DNA of 63,859 bases from NCBI GenBank assembly GCA_965201075.1, contig CBDAVP010000006.1:1-63859 (forward strand), in the 5' to 3' direction. Both the position numbers and the translations under genes were made by a program. Below the pieces are notes generated by a model. That model saw nothing but the letters and a program-made list of their open reading frames with translations. It made no database searches and was not told the origin of the DNA. Origin of the DNA: Isosphaeraceae bacterium. Its GTDB lineage: Bacteria > Planctomycetota > Planctomycetia > Isosphaerales > Isosphaeraceae. Positions 62,009-63,859 of this stretch are shown piece after piece (position 1 is the stretch's first letter; every line of letters begins with the position of its first letter).

Positions 62009-63043
62009 TTAATAATCGCTTTGGCGAGACGACCTCGCCATTGGCGATGGTGCCCAGCCCCCACCACACTTGAAGGTTGACCGAGCTTTTTGATCACACG
62101 AGTCGAGCCGTCGGCGAACAGCACGTTGACCCCGCCGGGGTGGCGGCTGGTCGGCGGCAAGGCTCCCTGGGGGTGGTGATTGTCGGTATTTGGTGTTGTC
62201 CAGAGTGCCGTAGACGCAACTCTGGCTGTTGGGCGGCATGACGTGATTGTAGCAAGTGGACCCACCCCAGCATGACCTGGGTTCCACAGGCCCCCCGGGC
62301 ACCGAGGCCGTGGACATCGTCGAGGTGGGCAGCAGGGCCTTGCAGGCCGCGTTGTAAAGCACGGGGCCGACGTCCGAGTCGGTCGGTCTGCGCCAACTGG
62401 AGCAGGTTGGACGAGGGGGTCAGGGGGTCGGCGCCGGTGGGGATGTCGGGAAGGCTCCCATTGCCGATGCCCTTTGACCCGTTCGCTGATGGCCGCGGTC
62501 TGGCTGGTGCCGTCGATGAAGTCGCGCAGCCCAGTGATTTTCGAGTGGCCGATGCAGTTGAAGGGCCCGTTGCTGGTGTAGGAGTAGCGAAACGGTTTGG
62601 TGCCCCAGTTGACCGCGTAGTTGACGTGTCCCTGGGCGTTGGTGACGCGGGTCGATGTCGCTGGGGCAAAGGAAGGCGTTGACCGTGGTGCGAATCCCGG
62701 TGGAGTTGACGCCGTTGGGGTCGCAGGAATCGCCGGTGATGGCGAAATTCAGGGTGTCGTAAACCTGACGCTGCTCCATGTAGGGCAGCATCATGCTGAG
62801 GGCCGACCACTGCTGCCAGCCGTAGACCATGTCGATCACCCCCGGCGGCAGGCTTCCGGCGGTGTCGTGATAGTTGTGCAGGGCCAGGCCCAACTGCTTG
62901 AGGTTGTTGATGCACTGAGCACGTCGAGCCGCCTCGCGGGCCGCCTGCACCGCGGGCAGCAACAGACCAATCAGCACCCCGATGATGGCGATGACGACCA
63001 GCAACTCAATGAGCGTGAAACCGCGACGGACGCGTGGTCTCAT
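62009..63043 (-). CDS. DUF1559 prepilin-type N-terminal cleavage/methylation protein, multiply frameshifted
   Basis: [51 protein letters not shown] and FLCPSD. C-terminal YNHVMPPN and [15 protein letters not shown] lie in other frames. Confidence 0.9.
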
Positions 63044-63224
63044 GGGGAGGACTCCTGAAATCGCCGAACCGCGGAGAAGTGAACACCCCCTTTGAGCCAG
63101 GAGGTGCCTCCTGACCTTACCCGGACGGTGAGGCTTTGAAAAGCGTGGACGGGCAGCGCGACCCATTTTCAAGATCGACCTCTCCCACCCGGAGAATCCC
63201 AGGAGTCGGGCGGGAGAGGCGGGA

Positions 63225-63859
63225 TCAATGACCCGTGAAGCTCCGACGATCCTTGTCGCTCTTCATCGGCAGACGAGGCTTGAGGCGCTTGGGCTTGATG
63301 GCCTTGAGTCGTTCCGAAGGGCCCTGGTACTGGGGGCGGAGACCTTCCTTGGCGCTGACCAGTTGCATCTGGTCGGGGTGATGATCTGCCCCTCTCCGGT
63401 GCGCAGGTTATAGCGGTAGGCGGTCGCCGGCGTTGGCGGTCCGGGTATCGCCTATGGTCTTCTGCTGGCTGAAGGCGACGCGGTTGCCAGGCCGGCAGAG
63501 GGCGAAGGCCAGGTCGGATTGGGAATCGTAGCGGACGTAGTCGCCGTAGATGATACTCCCTTGGTGGCGGACAGTGGCGTCCCCCTCAGCGTCCAGCAAG
63601 GAGCGGGCCTTGGCCTTCGAGCCGACCGGCGGGGCTTGCGACTCGACGATCAGCGAGGGACGGCTCGGGTCGGGGTTGCGGGCGGTCAGGTCCATGCGGT
63701 CGGGCAGGGGGGCCTTGTCGGAGTCGAGGGTCGCGTCCAGGTTCGGCACCGGCCGCGGAGGACTTCCACGCCTCCGTAGAATTGGGCCTCGCGACGACCC
63801 GCGCGGGTGGGAGAGTCGCCGGCCTTGCCGCTTGTCTCGACGAAGCGACCTTCCATGCG
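63225..63859 (-). CDS. C-terminal part of a larger hypothetical protein (beta-rich, possibly OstA/LptD-like), 5'-truncated and frameshifted
   Basis: AEGDATVR...[13 protein letters not shown]; continues after a shift near 63420 as YRYNLRTGE...RRSFTGH* (stop 63225). Confidence 0.5.

Noticed and set aside
62009..63043. DUF1559 gene as a true pseudogene or programmed-frameshift locus
   Set aside because: All expected motifs are present in order across frames, and neighbouring genes show similar indels, which favours sequencing error.

Overview
High-GC bacterial chromosomal segment, almost certainly from a planctomycete (Isosphaeraceae-like). The lineage markers are YTV-repeat, DUF1559/prepilin and 'LExLExR-LL' extracellular-motif proteins plus an ECF-Ser/Thr kinase pair. 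Most of the window is housekeeping and cell-surface genes (pdxA, kdsB, pyrE, xerD, rnr, cydAB, SDRs, glycoside hydrolases) plus a bacteriophytochrome signalling operon. Two visibly lower-GC islets stand out: (i) about 34.7-36.3 kb, a small ADP-ribosyltransferase-like ORF translationally coupled to a TPR protein, and (ii) about 42.5-45.0 kb, an ABC-ATPase + TOPRIM (PARIS-like) pair beside the isolated 3' half of a tRNA with a UAU anticodon. Other candidate new systems are a transglutaminase-elicitor-like enzyme divergent from a Lys/Gln 10-mer repeat protein, a tiny export-motif peptide next to a TPR-kinase/ECF pair, and a Cys-rich leader + metallothionein-like secreted protein pair. Many single-base frameshifts in otherwise intact genes point to long-read indel errors rather than true pseudogenes. 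No CRISPR array, rRNA, intact tRNA or transposase was seen. All family calls come from motif recognition by eye, not database searches.
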